Origin: an uncultured delta proteobacterium
Lineage (GTDB): Bacteria; Desulfobacterota; Binatia; JACPRU01
Assembly: GCA_963745025.1 (NCBI GenBank)
Contig: CAVUWD010000019.1
Span: 96,001 to 160,000 of the forward strand
DNA length: 64,000 nucleotides
Direction: 5' to 3'
Shown one piece after another: positions 40,112 through 52,065 of the stretch. Position 1 is the stretch's first letter; each line of letters starts with the position of its first letter. The position numbers and the translations under genes are program-made. A model generated the notes under the pieces. The model was not told where the DNA came from and ran no database searches. It was given only the letters and a program-made list of their open reading frames with translations.

Positions 40112-41125
40112 CTAGCGCTTCTCGCTCGGGTCCAACCCGCGCTGGATCCACGCGATCATCGAGCCGGGGTACTCGGGTGGCGGCGCCGTGGCCTCCTCGA
40201 GGCGGGCGGCGATCTCGGGCGTGATGGCGACCTCGCGGGCCGCGAGGTTGTCTTCGAGCTGCGAGGCCGTGCGCGCGCCGATGATCACCGAGGTGATCTC
40301 TGGCTTGGCGAGCTGCCAGGCGAGCGCCAGCGCGGCCGGAGTGACCTCGATCGTCGCCGCGCACTGGCGCAGCACCTCGACGATCGCGAACGCGCGATCG
40401 GTGAAGTAATCCTTGTAGATCGGAATCTCGCGCTGGCCGAGCCGAGCGTCGGAGGGCCGCGCGTCTTTGCGGATCTTGCCCGTGAGCATGCCGGCGGCGA
40501 GCGGGCTCCACGTGAGGATGCCGAGCCCGAGGTCGCGGCAGGCGGCGAAATGCTCGCGCTCGATCGCGCGCACGAGGAGGTTGTACTGAGGCTGCAACGA
40601 AACGAAGCGATTGAGGCCCCGCGCCTCGCACCAGGTCACGGCCTGCGCGATCCGGTATGCACGATAATTGGAGCAGCCGAGGTAAAGGACCTTGCCCGCA
40701 CGAACCAGATCGTCGAGCGCCGCGAGCGTCTCCTCGAGCGGCGTCGATAGATCCTCGGCATGGATCTGGTAGAGGTCGATCGTGTCGACGCGCAAGCGCT
40801 TGAGGCTCGCTTCGCAGGCTTCGCGGATGTGCTTGCGGGAGGCGCCGCGGTCGTTCGCACCTCGCCCCGTCGGCATCGTACACTTGGTGGCGAGGACGAT
40901 CTCGCGGTGGCGGCCGTCGAGGGCCTTGCCGCAGATCTCCTCCGACCGTCCGTCGGCATAGATGTCCGCCGTGTCGATGAAGTTGCCGCCGGCGTCGAGG
41001 AACCGCGCGACCAGATCGAGCGCGGCCTTCTCGTCGCATCCCCAGCCCGCCGTGCCGAACGTCATGGCTCCGAGACAAAGCTCCGAGACGCGAAGTCCGC
41101 TTCGACCGAGCGTACGAAGTCGCAT
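40112..41125 (-). CDS. Aldo/keto reductase
   Basis: LCLGAMTFG, DTADIY, IDLYQIH, WSPLAAG. Confidence 0.94.
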   Translation of the reverse strand: MRLRTLGRSGLRVSELCLGAMTFGTAGWGCDEKAALDLVARFLDAGGNFIDTADIYADGRSEEICGKALDGRHREIVLATKCTMPTGRGANDRGASRKHIREACEASLKRLRVDTIDLYQIHAEDLSTPLEETLAALDDLVRAGKVLYLGCSNYRAYRIAQAVTWCEARGLNRFVSLQPQYNLLVRAIEREHFAACRDLGLGILTWSPLAAGMLTGKIRKDARPSDARLGQREIPIYKDYFTDRAFAIVEVLRQCAATIEVTPAALALAWQLAKPEITSVIIGARTASQLEDNLAAREVAITPEIAARLEEATAPPPEYPGSMIAWIQRGLDPSEKR

Positions 41126-41262
41126 TGATCGTCCTCCGTCGACGTGGTTTAGCAGCGATCGCAGGTGACTACTACGTTAGGAATTCGCGCTTTTCCACGA
41201 GCATGTGAGATACGAGGCGTCGTCGCCGTCGCGCGTTCGAGTGGCGGCGACGTCGCATTGAG

Positions 41263-42312
41263 ATGAAGGTCGTTCTCGCAGGCTTTCCGCGCGTCGGTAA
41301 GACTACGGTCTTCCAGTCGCTGACCGGTCTGGCCGATTCCACGACCGCGCGTGGATCCGCCGCGCGCGGGGTGATCCGCGTTCCCGATGCGCGCGTCGAC
41401 AAGCTCTCAGAGGTCTATCGTCCGAAAAAGACCACCTACGCGACGGTCAGCTTCGTCGACGTGCAGGCTCCGGACGCGACGGGTGCGGACAAGTCGACGC
41501 TGCTTTCCTTGCCGCTGCTGGCCGAGCTGAAGGACGCAGACGCCGTGATCGCCGTCGTCAGAGGCTTCGTCGATCCGTACTCCGGCTCGCCTGCGGAGCT
41601 CGAGGCGGAGTTCGGGCGATTCGATGAAGAGCTCATCCTCACCGATCTCGCGGTGCTCGACAAGCGGCTCGAGCGCTTGAACAAGGAGGGTAAGAAGGAC
41701 CGAGAGCATGCGGTCATCGAACGGCTCGTCGGTACGCTCGGCGAGGGGAGGCCACTCCGAACGGTGAAGGTCGCGCCCGAGGAGGTAAAGCTCCTCTCCG
41801 GGTATTCACTGATCTCGGGCGCGCCGCTCCTGGTCGTCCCGAACCGCGCCGACGAGGAGGCGGCCAAGCCGCTGCCGCCCGCGTTCGTCGAACGGGTCAA
41901 GGGGCACGGCGGCGACTGCCTCGCCCTGGCCGGCCGGCTCGAGCGCGAGATCGCCGAGCTCGCGCCCGAGGATCAGGCGCCCTTCCTGCGCGACGCTGGC
42001 CTCGAGGCCTCGGCCCGCGACCGCTTCGTGCAAGCGGTCTACCGGATGCTCGATCTGGTGAGCTTTCTCACCGCCGGAGAGGACGAGGTGCGAGCCTGGA
42101 CGATCAAGCGCGGCACCCCGGCGCAGAAGGCGGCGGGCAAGATTCACAGCGACATCGAGAAGGGATTCATCCGCGCCGAAGTCATCGCCTACGATGATTT
42201 CATCCGCTATGGCAGCGAGGCGGAGTGCAAGAAGGCGGGCAAGGCGCGGCTCGAGGGCAAAGAGTATCCGGTGGTCGACGGCGACATCATCCACTTTCGG
42301 TTCAACGTGTGA
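41263..42312 (+). CDS. YchF/Obg-family ATPase paralog (TGS/DUF933 domain)
   Basis: GFPRVGKTT, AGKIHSDIEKGFIRAEV, RLEGKEY. Confidence 0.9.
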   Translation: MKVVLAGFPRVGKTTVFQSLTGLADSTTARGSAARGVIRVPDARVDKLSEVYRPKKTTYATVSFVDVQAPDATGADKSTLLSLPLLAELKDADAVIAVVRGFVDPYSGSPAELEAEFGRFDEELILTDLAVLDKRLERLNKEGKKDREHAVIERLVGTLGEGRPLRTVKVAPEEVKLLSGYSLISGAPLLVVPNRADEEAAKPLPPAFVERVKGHGGDCLALAGRLEREIAELAPEDQAPFLRDAGLEASARDRFVQAVYRMLDLVSFLTAGEDEVRAWTIKRGTPAQKAAGKIHSDIEKGFIRAEVIAYDDFIRYGSEAECKKAGKARLEGKEYPVVDGDIIHFRFNV

Positions 42313-42379
42313 GGCCGGCTCTCCGTCAGCGGCTCTCGGCTTTCGCGAGCCGATCGCCGCGAGTCGATGGCTGACGGCC

Positions 42380-43591
42380 ATGGGTGATCTCGCCGACATT
42401 CGCGCCGCCTACGAGCGAATCCACGCGCACATCCTGCGCACGCCACTCCAGGGGAGCCAGACGCTCAGCCGCATGGCGGGGGCGAAGATCCACCTGAAGT
42501 GCGAGAACCTGCAGAAGACCGGCTCCTTCAAGGCGCGCGGCGCGCTCAACCGAATCCTTCAGCTCGAGCAAAGCGAGCGGCGCCGTGGGGTGGTCGCCGC
42601 CTCGGCGGGAAATCATGCGCAGGGGGTGGCGTATGCCGGCGCGATCGCCGGCGTCAACGTCACGGTGGTGATGCCGGTGAGCGCCGCCATCGCCAAGATC
42701 GAAGCCACCCGGGGCTACGGCGCTGACGTCGTGCTCGCCGGCGAAGACTACGCGGCGGCGTTCCGCCACGCGGCGAAGCTCGCCCGCCGCAGCCGCGCGA
42801 CGCTCGTGCCCGCGTTCGACGATGATCGCGTGATCGCCGGGCAGGGGACCGTGGGGGTCGAGATTCTCGAGGATCTTCCCGGGGTCGAGATCGTCGTCGT
42901 GCCGGTCGGCGGCGGCGGTCTCGCTGCGGGCATCGCCGCAGCGATCGCCCCGATCGCCCCCCGTGTGCAAGTGATCGGCGCTCAAGCCGAGCTCGCGTCG
43001 ACGCTGGTACCGAGCCTCCGCGCACGGCGCCGGATTGCCGCGACGCCGGCACCGACCATCGCCGACGGGCTCGCGACGTCCTCGATCGGCGCGCGACCGT
43101 GGCGAATCTTGCGCCGTCGTCTGCGGCGTGCCGTGACGGTCGGGGAAGCCGAGATCGCGGCAGCGATTCTCCTGCTTCTGGAGCGCGCCAAGCTGGTCGT
43201 CGAAGGCGCCGGCGCGACCGCGCTCGCAGCGTGCCTTGGACCGCTGCGCCGCGCCATTGCCGGCCGACGCGTCGCGGTCGTGCTCTCGGGAGGCAACATC
43301 GACGTCAACGTGCTCGACCGCATCCTCAATCTCGGTCTCGCGAAGCAGGGGAGAGTGTTCCGCTTCGCGACCGTCCTCCCCGATCGACCCGGTGCGCTCT
43401 CGCGATTGACCGCGGTGGTCGGTGAGGCGGGTGCCAACGTCAAGACGATTCACCACGATCGTGGCCGGGTCGACGTCGGCGTCCTCGAGACCTTGGTGAC
43501 CGCGGAGATCGAGACCCGGGGGCCGGAACACGTGCCCGAGATCGTCCGCCGGCTGCGTTCCGCGGGCTACCGTCTGATCGCGGGCGTCTGA
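42380..43591 (+). CDS. ilvA: Threonine ammonia-lyase with ACT domain
   Basis: KCENLQKTGSFKARG, ASAGNHAQG, VGGGGL, SGGNID, DRPGAL. Confidence 0.93.
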   Translation: MGDLADIRAAYERIHAHILRTPLQGSQTLSRMAGAKIHLKCENLQKTGSFKARGALNRILQLEQSERRRGVVAASAGNHAQGVAYAGAIAGVNVTVVMPVSAAIAKIEATRGYGADVVLAGEDYAAAFRHAAKLARRSRATLVPAFDDDRVIAGQGTVGVEILEDLPGVEIVVVPVGGGGLAAGIAAAIAPIAPRVQVIGAQAELASTLVPSLRARRRIAATPAPTIADGLATSSIGARPWRILRRRLRRAVTVGEAEIAAAILLLLERAKLVVEGAGATALAACLGPLRRAIAGRRVAVVLSGGNIDVNVLDRILNLGLAKQGRVFRFATVLPDRPGALSRLTAVVGEAGANVKTIHHDRGRVDVGVLETLVTAEIETRGPEHVPEIVRRLRSAGYRLIAGV

Positions 43592-44250
43592 GACGCGATC
43601 AAGCGCGGAATCTCGAGATCCGCCGGCGGCCGCGGGCTTCGCAAGCGGTGCGAGATCTCGGCGAGCGCCGCCCGGAACGTCGCGAGCTCCACGCCGTGTG
43701 CCTCGCGGCCGAAGCCCGCGAGCTTGGCATTGCCTTCCTCGAGGAGAGCGATCGCGCCGCGGAGGTTTCCGTTGGCGTGATGGTGTAGGCCGACGGCCAC
43801 TTGAACCAGCCCTTGCAGGAACGTCTTGAGATCGCCCTCCGCCTCTCGCCAGCGGTCCTCGAGGAGCTCATGGACCTCGAAGAAGAGGCCCGCGTTGAAG
43901 AGTGCTGCCGCGGCGCAGAGCGCCCACGGCACCCTGGGTTCGCCGGCTGGAGCTACGCCGCACTCGCTCCGGCACCTCGACAGCGCCTCGGCGAATCGCG
44001 CCGCGCGCCAACGCAGCGCCTCGAGGTCGGCGGCGAAGTCGCTACGGAGGCGAAGGCCTTCCTGGGCCGGCTCGAACAGCCCGGAGTCCTCGAGGACTCG
44101 TCGTTGCTGTGCGGAAAGCCCCGCGGCGACGCCATTCGGCGCCGTTCGCAGGGCGAAGGCGGCGAGCGCGTCGATCGATGCGTCGGCCGCGGCATCGGCG
44201 AGCGCGGCCAGGCACCATTCGGCGAGACGATTGCGCAAAACGCGCTTCAT
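43567..44250 (-). CDS. DUF309 domain protein with N-terminal extension
   Basis: FNAGLFFEVHELLEDRW...LQGLVQVAV. Confidence 0.85.
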   Translation of the reverse strand: MKRVLRNRLAEWCLAALADAAADASIDALAAFALRTAPNGVAAGLSAQQRRVLEDSGLFEPAQEGLRLRSDFAADLEALRWRAARFAEALSRCRSECGVAPAGEPRVPWALCAAAALFNAGLFFEVHELLEDRWREAEGDLKTFLQGLVQVAVGLHHHANGNLRGAIALLEEGNAKLAGFGREAHGVELATFRAALAEISHRLRSPRPPADLEIPRLIASQTPAIRR

Positions 44251-44298
44251 CTTCCGCCCATCGTAAGGCCGCAGCGCTTGCAAGAACTCGGCAAAGAC

Positions 44299-44530
44299 GT
44301 CGCCGAATGATCAACGCGCGTGTTTGTGTTCGAGCCGTACTCGGATCGAACACAAACACGCGTAACCGCGCGAAGCGCGGAAAGGTTCGAGCCGCGCCTT
44401 GCGGTATTGCCTTCCGCGCTTCGCGCGGTGGCGTGGGTTTGCGGTCGACCCGAGTACGGATCGACCGCAAACCCACGCGCTGTTCCTTCGTGCGCAGATT
44501 GCGGCGACCATCCTATGGCAGAGACTGAGG
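44299..44530. repeat. Multi-hairpin structured repeat, copy 2
   Basis: Hairpins 44317-44362 and 44431-44478 with GTACTC/GAGTAC loops; inner CCGCGC-GAA-GCGCGG hairpins. Confidence 0.85.
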
Positions 44531-44646
44531 CATCACTCCCGTTCCGCGGTCCATCTTGCGCGCAGTCGCGATGGAATGGTAGCTATGCCAGTTTCCGCGT
44601 TATCGAATCCAAGCAAGTGGTTTGATGCCGCGGAGGGAGGGGATTC

Positions 44647-44991
44647 ATGCTCACAGTCAGTGCTACCCAAATCGAGCTGATGCAGAAGATCGCACGCAGG
44701 ATCGATCGCAAGCTCTCGTTGCAACTCCATCACTTGGCCGACGGATCGATCGAGGTGAAGCTCAGCCAGGGACCGCGCAAAGCAGAGACTCGCGTCGGCG
44801 GTGCCGCGCTGGAGGCCGCGCGCGACGACGTCGCACAGTTCGAGGCGCTTCGGTTGCAGATCAAGCGCGTCTACGACCGCATGTGGGCGCCGGTGCCGCC
44901 ACCCAAAACGCCTCGTGTGGAGATCAACCGCGATATCGCGTTTGGCTTCCGACCGGGCGGTCAGCGCGGGAAGCCCGGCGGCCGGAGGTAA
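44647..44991 (+). CDS. Hypothetical protein (114 aa)
   Basis: Strong GGAGGGAGGGG SD; protein-like composition. Confidence 0.7.
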   Translation: MLTVSATQIELMQKIARRIDRKLSLQLHHLADGSIEVKLSQGPRKAETRVGGAALEAARDDVAQFEALRLQIKRVYDRMWAPVPPPKTPRVEINRDIAFGFRPGGQRGKPGGRR

Positions 44992-45012
44992 CGCTCTGCG
45001 CTCGCGTTCCGC

Positions 45013-46374
45013 CTAACGCGAGCGGGAGGGCGAACGCGACTTTTCCGCCAATCGGCGCATCTCGGCGAGCGTCGCGGCGACTCGCATGAGGTGCATTCCG
45101 GGCGCCGTGTGAACCTCGGCGGCGGCGACGCTCCCAGACCAGCGTTCGTCGATCTGGCGGACGCCATCGGGGGTGTCTGGGAGATCGCCCGTGCCCGCGA
45201 TCAAGCGCACGAACGCTTCGCGTAGCTCGAGCGCGCCTGCCGAATCGACGAGCTTGCGGGCCTGCCAGAAGTAGGACTCCGGATCGGCGTGGTGATTGTA
45301 GAAAAACGTGACGAAGCGCCGGTAGCGCTCGAAGGCGCGACGATAGGCGGCATCGTAGTCGGAGAACGCGGCCGTGGCGTCGCGACGGTTCGTGAGCACG
45401 TCCTCGAGCGCATCGGCCGCGAGCAAGCCGGCGAGCAGCGCGAGATGAACGCCGGTCGAGAAGACGGGATCGATGAAGCACGCCGCGTCGCCCGCGAGCA
45501 GCGCCGCGGAGTGGTAGAAGCTGCGGCTCGAATAGGAATAGTCGCGAATGACACGAACGGGAGCGACCTGGCGCGCGCCGCGCAGCATCTCCGTGACGGG
45601 TCGACAACGCTCCAGAAGCGACCGATAGGTCTCTGGGAGGGTCTCCGGGCGGGCTCGCTCCTTCCAACGCGAGGCATCGACGACCGCACCGACGCTGATC
45701 GTCCCGTCGTGCAGCGGAATGTACCAGCACCAGCCTTCGCCGTGCGCGGCGGAGAGAATGTTGTCGCGCAAATCGCCTTCCAGGCGCGCCGCGTCCGCGA
45801 AATAGCTCCAGATCGCCAGGTTCTTGAAGAACGGATTGTACTCGCGAAGCCCCTCGCGCCGTCCGAGGAATGCCTGCTGACCGCTCGCGTCGATGACGAA
45901 GCGCGCGTCGACGACCACCGCCGAACCGTCAGCCGCTCGCGCTCCGACGCGAAACGGACCTTCGCCCTCGATCGATTCGACGGTCATTTCTTCGAGCACG
46001 TCCGCGCCTTGGTGCGCCGAATGCCGCAGCAGAATGGCGTCGAACTCGGAGCGCACCACGTGGTAGGCGTGGGCAAATCCGCCGGGATCCTCGCGGAACC
46101 AGAAGCTCCACGGCTCGCCGTTGGAGCCCCAGAGAAACGTGCCGCCGGGCTTCTTTACGAAGCCGTGGCGCTCGACCTCGGGCAGCACGCCGAGGTGCGC
46201 GAGGATCGGCAACGAGGCGGAGAGCAGCGATTCGCCGATGTGATAGCGCGGAAATCGCTCTCGCTCGAAGACGACCACGCGATGGCCGGCGCGGGCGAGC
46301 AGGCTCGCGGCCGTCGACCCTGCAGGACCGCCGCCGATGACCGCGACGTCGTAGTCGGAATGTCGAGCCTTCAC
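45013..46374 (-). CDS. Flavin-dependent halogenase-like protein
   Basis: GGGPAG, PRYHIGES, FVKKPG (Lys at the expected catalytic position), WCWYIP (WxWxIP), GDAACFIDPVFSTG. Confidence 0.85.
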   Translation of the reverse strand: MKARHSDYDVAVIGGGPAGSTAASLLARAGHRVVVFERERFPRYHIGESLLSASLPILAHLGVLPEVERHGFVKKPGGTFLWGSNGEPWSFWFREDPGGFAHAYHVVRSEFDAILLRHSAHQGADVLEEMTVESIEGEGPFRVGARAADGSAVVVDARFVIDASGQQAFLGRREGLREYNPFFKNLAIWSYFADAARLEGDLRDNILSAAHGEGWCWYIPLHDGTISVGAVVDASRWKERARPETLPETYRSLLERCRPVTEMLRGARQVAPVRVIRDYSYSSRSFYHSAALLAGDAACFIDPVFSTGVHLALLAGLLAADALEDVLTNRRDATAAFSDYDAAYRRAFERYRRFVTFFYNHHADPESYFWQARKLVDSAGALELREAFVRLIAGTGDLPDTPDGVRQIDERWSGSVAAAEVHTAPGMHLMRVAATLAEMRRLAEKSRSPSRSR

Positions 46375-46393
46375 GCCGGGGCCGCGGCTCTCT

Positions 46394-48860
<2,467 letters not shown>

Positions 48861-48921
48861 GTCGCCCCGACCGCGTGTGCTCGGAAAGCGCGCGACTCGC
48901 GAGCCACCGGATCGAGCTCAA

Positions 48922-48950
48922 AAGCTAGTACACGACTCCCGGGGTGACAA
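48922..48950 (-). promoter_or_regulatory. Putative sigma70 promoter of lon
   Basis: TTGTCA-17 nt-TAGCTT. Confidence 0.45.
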
Positions 48951-49024
48951 GGGTGGTCATCGAAAAAAAAGGAACCGAAGGTGAAAAAGGCTCGGCACGC
49001 TCTACGGCTTCCGGTTGTTTCGCT

Positions 49025-49828
49025 TCAAGGTGAGAAGCCCGCGGGTGCGAGCCGCCGCGCGACGGTCAGGAAGCCGGTGTGCGCGACCATCCGGTGCTCC
49101 GGACGGATCGAGATCTCGCGCACGTACCAGAAGCGCTGCAGCGTCTCGAAGGTTTCGATGGCGCCGAACCCCGGATGCGCGTGCAGCGCGTCGACGAACG
49201 ATTTGACCTGCAGGACCGTCGGTACGTAGCCCACGAGCACGCCCCCCGGAACGAGAGCGCGCGCGGCGGCTTCGAGCGCTCGCCACGGCTCGGGCACGTC
49301 GAGCACGATGCGGTCCACCTCGGCCTCGTCGATCACCGTGTAGACGTCGCCGAGCTTCACCGTCCAGTTCGAGGCTTCGCCGAAGAAACGAACGACGTTC
49401 TTGCGCGCCATCTCGATGTGATCCTCGCGGCATTCGTACGAGAGGACGCGCCCTTCGGTGCCGACCGCGCGCAGCAGCGCGATCGTCAACGCGCCGGGGC
49501 CGACGCCGGCCTCGACGACGGTCGCGCCGGGGAAGATGTCTCCCCAGACGAGGATCGCGGCGGCGTCCTTCGGGTAGATGACCTGCGCCTCGCGGGGCAG
49601 GTGGAGTACCAGGTCGGCGTAGCTCGGCCGCAAAACGAGAAAGATCTCGTTGGCGGAACTGGTGACGCGCAAGCCGTCCGGATGCCCGATCAGCGCTTCC
49701 GACTCCACGGTCCCATCACGAACAGGGATCTTTGCGCCCGCGCGCAGCGTACGGAGATACCGCCGTCCCTTGCGGTCGATGAGGAGAACCGAGTCACCGG
49801 CGCGCAGAGGACCGCTGGGGCGCTGCAT
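49025..49828 (-). CDS. trmI: tRNA (adenine58-N1)-methyltransferase
   Basis: PREAQVIYPKD, EAGVGPGAL, LDVPEPW, MVAHTGFL. Confidence 0.92.
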   Translation of the reverse strand: MQRPSGPLRAGDSVLLIDRKGRRYLRTLRAGAKIPVRDGTVESEALIGHPDGLRVTSSANEIFLVLRPSYADLVLHLPREAQVIYPKDAAAILVWGDIFPGATVVEAGVGPGALTIALLRAVGTEGRVLSYECREDHIEMARKNVVRFFGEASNWTVKLGDVYTVIDEAEVDRIVLDVPEPWRALEAAARALVPGGVLVGYVPTVLQVKSFVDALHAHPGFGAIETFETLQRFWYVREISIRPEHRMVAHTGFLTVARRLAPAGFSP

Positions 49829-49910
49829 GGGCGAAGGCTCTAGGAGACGGGGGACGAGATGTCAAAGAACCATTCGGGAACGGCCGATCCGGAGCGGCAA
49901 CGCCACAGCT

Positions 49911-50150
49911 TCTCAGCGTTTGCCTCGAACGCCGCGGAGGACGGAGAGCGCGGTCGGTTGTGATCGGCCCGTACTCGGGTCGATCACAACCGACCGCAAC
50001 GGCGCGAAGCGCCGGAGGCCATCACCCGCGACCCGGTCTATTGCCTTCCGCGCTTCCGCGCGGTGGCTGGATTTTCCGGCCGACCCGCGTACGGGCCGGC
50101 CGGAAAATCCAGCGCTTCACGATATCCAGCACTCTTGAGGAGAGTGAGGG
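49911..50150. repeat. Multi-hairpin structured repeat, copy 3 (inverted relative to copy 1)
   Basis: Hairpins 49950-49997 and 50066-50113; flanks homologous to the reverse complement of copy 1. Confidence 0.85.
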
Positions 50151-50241
50151 AACGCCTCTGCAGCGCCTCTGAGCCGTCGGGGGCGCGGCGGCTCGCGAAG
50201 CGCTGGTTTCAGCAGGGACGGATCGCTAGACTCAGTCGATT

Positions 50242-51984
50242 ATGCGCCGGCTGTACGCCTACATGCTCCGCTACAAGCGGCGCTACGTGTTTGGCTTCGT
50301 GTGCCTGTTTGCAACCGCGACGGTTGCGATGATCATCCCGTATTTCTTGAAGCGTGCCGTCGAGGTGATCGAGCACGACCACGAGCTTCGCGGATTACGG
50401 TTCTACATCTTGCTCATCATCGGCTTGGCGCTCGTGCAGGGCGTGGCGCGGACGTTCTCTCGTTTCACGATCTTCAACATCGGCCGCGACATCGAGTACG
50501 ACTTGCGAAACGACCTGTTCGCACACCTCGAGACGCTGCCGCAGAGCTACTACCAGAAGAGCCAGACGGGCGACCTGATGTCGCGGCTGGTGAACGACAT
50601 CGGCGCGGTGCGCATGATGATCGGGCCGGGGATCCTGAACTTCATCAATACGCCCGTCTACTACCTCTACGCCGTATCGATCATGGTGACGATCAGCGTG
50701 CCGCTCACCGTGTTTTCGCTAACGGCCTATCCGATCGTGCTCTGGATCGTGAAGCGACTGTCGCGGCAGCTCATGGAGCGGACCGTCAAAGTCCAGGAAG
50801 GGCTCGCCACGCTCTCTTCGCGAGTTCAGGAGAATCTTTCGGGTATGACGGTCGTCAAGGCGTACGCGCTCGAGGACTCCGAGATCGCCAGCTTCGAGAG
50901 GTTAAACGCGGAGTTTCAGGAACAGAGTCTCGCGCTCGCGCGAGTTCGGGGATTCATCGCCCCGGTGATGAAGCTCGTCTCGAGCGCGGGCATCTTGGTC
51001 GTTCTCTGGTTCGGCGGCTGGCTGGTGATCCGCGAACGGGTCGGGATCGGCGATCTCGTCGCCTTCATCGCCTACCTGCACCTTCTCGCCTGGCCGACGA
51101 TGGCGATGGGCTGGATGCTGTCGATCCTGCAGCGCGGCCGCGCGTCGATGATGCGCCTCGAGCACATCTTCGTGGCCGAGCCCGAGATCTTCGGACCGCC
51201 GAGCGACGGTGAGGCGCCGATCGAGCGCGGCGAGATCGAGTTCGACGCCGTGCGCTTCGCCTACCCCGGGCGGAGATCGCCCGACGTGCTCGCCGACGTA
51301 CGGCTGCGGATCCCGGCGGGGTCGACGGTGGCGATCGTCGGCCGGACGGGGGCCGGCAAGACGACGCTGGTGAACCTGATTCCGCGCCTCTTCGATCCCA
51401 CCTCGGGAAGCGTTCGCATCGACGGGCGGGACGTGCGCGCGATGTCGCTCGCGACGCTGCGCCGCGCGCTCGGCCTCGTGCCGCAGGATCCGTTTCTCTT
51501 CTCCACCACGATCCGCGAGAACATCGCCTACGGCCTCTCCGGCAACGGCGACGTGGACGCGAAGGTGCGCTGGGCGGCAACGGTCGCGGGTCTCGAGAAG
51601 GACCTCGAGGCGTTGCCGCGCGGCCTCGAGACGCTCGTCGGCGAGCGCGGGATCACGCTCTCCGGCGGGCAGAAGCAACGCGTCACGCTCGCGCGGGCGC
51701 TGGCGGTCGACCCGAAGATTCTGATCTTCGACGATGCGCTGTCGAGCGTCGACAGCGAGACCGAACGGCGGATTCTTCGCCAGCTTCGGGAGTCGTTCCC
51801 GCATCGGACGCGGCTGGTGATCTCGCACCGCTCGTCGACCGTGCGAGGCGCGGACCACATCGTGGTGCTCGACGAAGGTCGCATCGTCGAAGTCGGTACA
51901 CACGAGGATCTGCTGCGCCGCGGCGGCGTGTATGCGGAGATCTTCATGGAACAAATGGTCGAAAACGAGTTGGAGGCGCTGTGA
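50242..51984 (+). CDS. ABC exporter, fused TMD-NBD (MdlA-like)
   Basis: TM domain, GRTGAGKT, LSGGQKQR, degenerate Walker B IFDD. Confidence 0.93.
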   Translation: MRRLYAYMLRYKRRYVFGFVCLFATATVAMIIPYFLKRAVEVIEHDHELRGLRFYILLIIGLALVQGVARTFSRFTIFNIGRDIEYDLRNDLFAHLETLPQSYYQKSQTGDLMSRLVNDIGAVRMMIGPGILNFINTPVYYLYAVSIMVTISVPLTVFSLTAYPIVLWIVKRLSRQLMERTVKVQEGLATLSSRVQENLSGMTVVKAYALEDSEIASFERLNAEFQEQSLALARVRGFIAPVMKLVSSAGILVVLWFGGWLVIRERVGIGDLVAFIAYLHLLAWPTMAMGWMLSILQRGRASMMRLEHIFVAEPEIFGPPSDGEAPIERGEIEFDAVRFAYPGRRSPDVLADVRLRIPAGSTVAIVGRTGAGKTTLVNLIPRLFDPTSGSVRIDGRDVRAMSLATLRRALGLVPQDPFLFSTTIRENIAYGLSGNGDVDAKVRWAATVAGLEKDLEALPRGLETLVGERGITLSGGQKQRVTLARALAVDPKILIFDDALSSVDSETERRILRQLRESFPHRTRLVISHRSSTVRGADHIVVLDEGRIVEVGTHEDLLRRGGVYAEIFMEQMVENELEAL

Positions 51985-51985
51985 A

Positions 51986-52057
51986 CGGGCTACAGGCTAC
52001 GGGCTACGGGAAAGGATCCACGAAGTCTTTTCCCGCAGCCCGTAGCCGGTAGCCGTC
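51986..52057. repeat. Heptamer-repeat palindrome
   Basis: GGCTACA GGCTACG GGCTACG GGAAAG ... CTTTTCC CGCAGCC CGTAGCC GGTAGCC. Confidence 0.8.
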
Positions 52058-52065
52058 CTTTTCCC

